DNA of 64,000 nucleotides. Source: a virus. The translations under genes and the position numbers were made by a program. How positions within the stretch are numbered: the stretch's first letter is position 1; every line of letters starts with the position of its first letter. The DNA is taken from IMG/VR virus record IMGVR_UViG_3300033571_020726, positions 16,739 to 80,738 of that record; one strand, 5' to 3'. Of this stretch, positions 62,882 to 64,000 are shown piece by piece. The notes beneath the pieces were generated by a model. The model had not been told where the DNA came from and did no database searches. It worked only from the letters and a program-made list of their open reading frames with translations.

Positions 62882-62917
62882 TTATTTTTAAATTCATAAT
62901 TATAATATTAAAAATAA
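62882..62917 (+). promoter_or_regulatory. Leader inverted repeat, TAATTA in loop
   Basis: TTATTTTTAA / TTAAAAATAA, perfect 10 bp. Confidence 0.45.
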
Positions 62918-62928
62918 ATGGTAATAAA

Positions 62929-64000
62929 TTGATTCGTAATATAATAAAATTAAAAAACATAATTAAAAAAACTTTAAATGAAACAAAATTTATAATGTCT
63001 CAAAATAAACAAAATATTAAATGGTATGAGTTTTTTTATGAAAATTTATTTTGTAAAAATATTGACGATAATGGAAACATAACACCTTATAAATATTTAA
63101 TTATTGATGATTCATCTGATAAATTTGATTTAGATGGAAATATTTTATTAAATCAAAGATATTTTGATAAAAAATATTATTTAGTACCATACGATCAGCC
63201 TTTAAATGTTGAAGAAATAGATTTTTCAAAAAGATTAAAAATTCTAAGGGAAAATGGCTTTAATGTTAATACTTTATCATTACCATATGATGATATTATT
63301 GGTCTTGAGATAAAAAATATAAATGATTTTAACATGAAATATAAAGAATGTTATAGATTAAAAATTTCAAAAGAAGAAGAATATTTTCCTCAATATTTGG
63401 ATGCTAAAAGTATGTCTGATGTTGTTGAAAAAAAAATAAAATATATACAAATAAACGATAGATTTAAATATAAAAATACTTTATATCATCTTGCAGGTCC
63501 AGATACTTTTATTTCATTTGCTGATCCTTATGAAATTGATCCAGTTAGTTTTCACTATTTATCACCTAAGTTTAGTTTAAATCCTAATGCTACATTCAAT
63601 ACACCTCATGGTTTTTATTTTTATCATTTTGATAAAAAAAATGCACAAAGATTCTATGAATGTGGTATGCCATCACATGCTGATTTTGCTATAGATCGAC
63701 CTTATTTTCATTTGGTAAAAATTGATTTAAACAATCCAAATGTTTTAATATTTAATAAAGACGGAACATCTAATAGAAAAATGTCATCGCAAGAATTCAT
63801 TAAAAATGTAAAAGAATTAATAAGAATACATATAAACTTTTTTGATAAGGAAATTAATTATAAAAAAATATATAATAAATTATTAAATTCATATTATGCA
63901 CTTACAAAATATAATGATAATCAGATCCTTGAAGAAAATCCATTATATCAATTATATAAATTTACTTTTTTATTATCAAGTCATAATATTTCTAGAAATA
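62929..64000 (+). CDS. Paralog family member 3, 3'-truncated, not in ORF track (probable TTG start)
   Basis: Open frame from TTG 62929: (M)IRNIIKLKNIIKKTLNETKF...AGPDTFISFAD...LNPNATFNTPHGFYFYHFDK...FHLVKIDL, running off the window end. Confidence 0.75.
   Translation, partial: MIRNIIKLKNIIKKTLNETKFIMSQNKQNIKWYEFFYENLFCKNIDDNGNITPYKYLIIDDSSDKFDLDGNILLNQRYFDKKYYLVPYDQPLNVEEIDFSKRLKILRENGFNVNTLSLPYDDIIGLEIKNINDFNMKYKECYRLKISKEEEYFPQYLDAKSMSDVVEKKIKYIQINDRFKYKNTLYHLAGPDTFISFADPYEIDPVSFHYLSPKFSLNPNATFNTPHGFYFYHFDKKNAQRFYECGMPSHADFAIDRPYFHLVKIDLNNPNVLIFNKDGTSNRKMSSQEFIKNVKELIRIHINFFDKEINYKKIYNKLLNSYYALTKYNDNQILEENPLYQLYKFTFLLSSHNISRN

Noticed and set aside
1-64000. tRNA or other structured RNA genes
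   Set aside because: Intergenic gaps are under about 120 nt and nearly pure A/T; no cloverleaf or GC-rich stems other than the capsid terminator.

Overview
64 kb of an extremely AT-rich, large T4-like (myovirus, probably jumbo) phage genome. All credible genes are on the + strand, tightly packed and read in the standard code. Order: end of a tail-fibre/receptor-binding cluster (1-7800); a Cas4/RecB-like nuclease, a small membrane protein and a gp55-like late sigma factor (7875-9892); a long baseplate/tail block (hub/spike, gp25, gp6, LamG- and FN3-containing proteins and several giant Asn/Ile/Lys-rich proteins, 10290-42096); an embedded DNA-metabolism island (RuvC-like resolvase, primase, fused Mre11-Rad50, 42159-47059); the head module (terminase, portal, gp21 protease, small head proteins, scaffold, gp23 capsid, 47483-59901); and a tandem array of at least three paralogous proteins (60018 to beyond the window end). 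Best candidates for new biology: (1) the paralog array, whose members share an N-terminal helical leader ending in an L-x-E protease-type site, then a variable domain and a conserved core with possible ADP-ribosyltransferase-like motif order, suggesting head-packaged, injected effectors; (2) many late-gene leaders built as inverted repeats with a TAWWTA motif at or near the apex, several also burying the Shine-Dalgarno; (3) a probable nested translation start in the scaffold gene and a sharp codon-usage break inside the capsid gene. All product calls come from motif recognition by eye; no searches were run.
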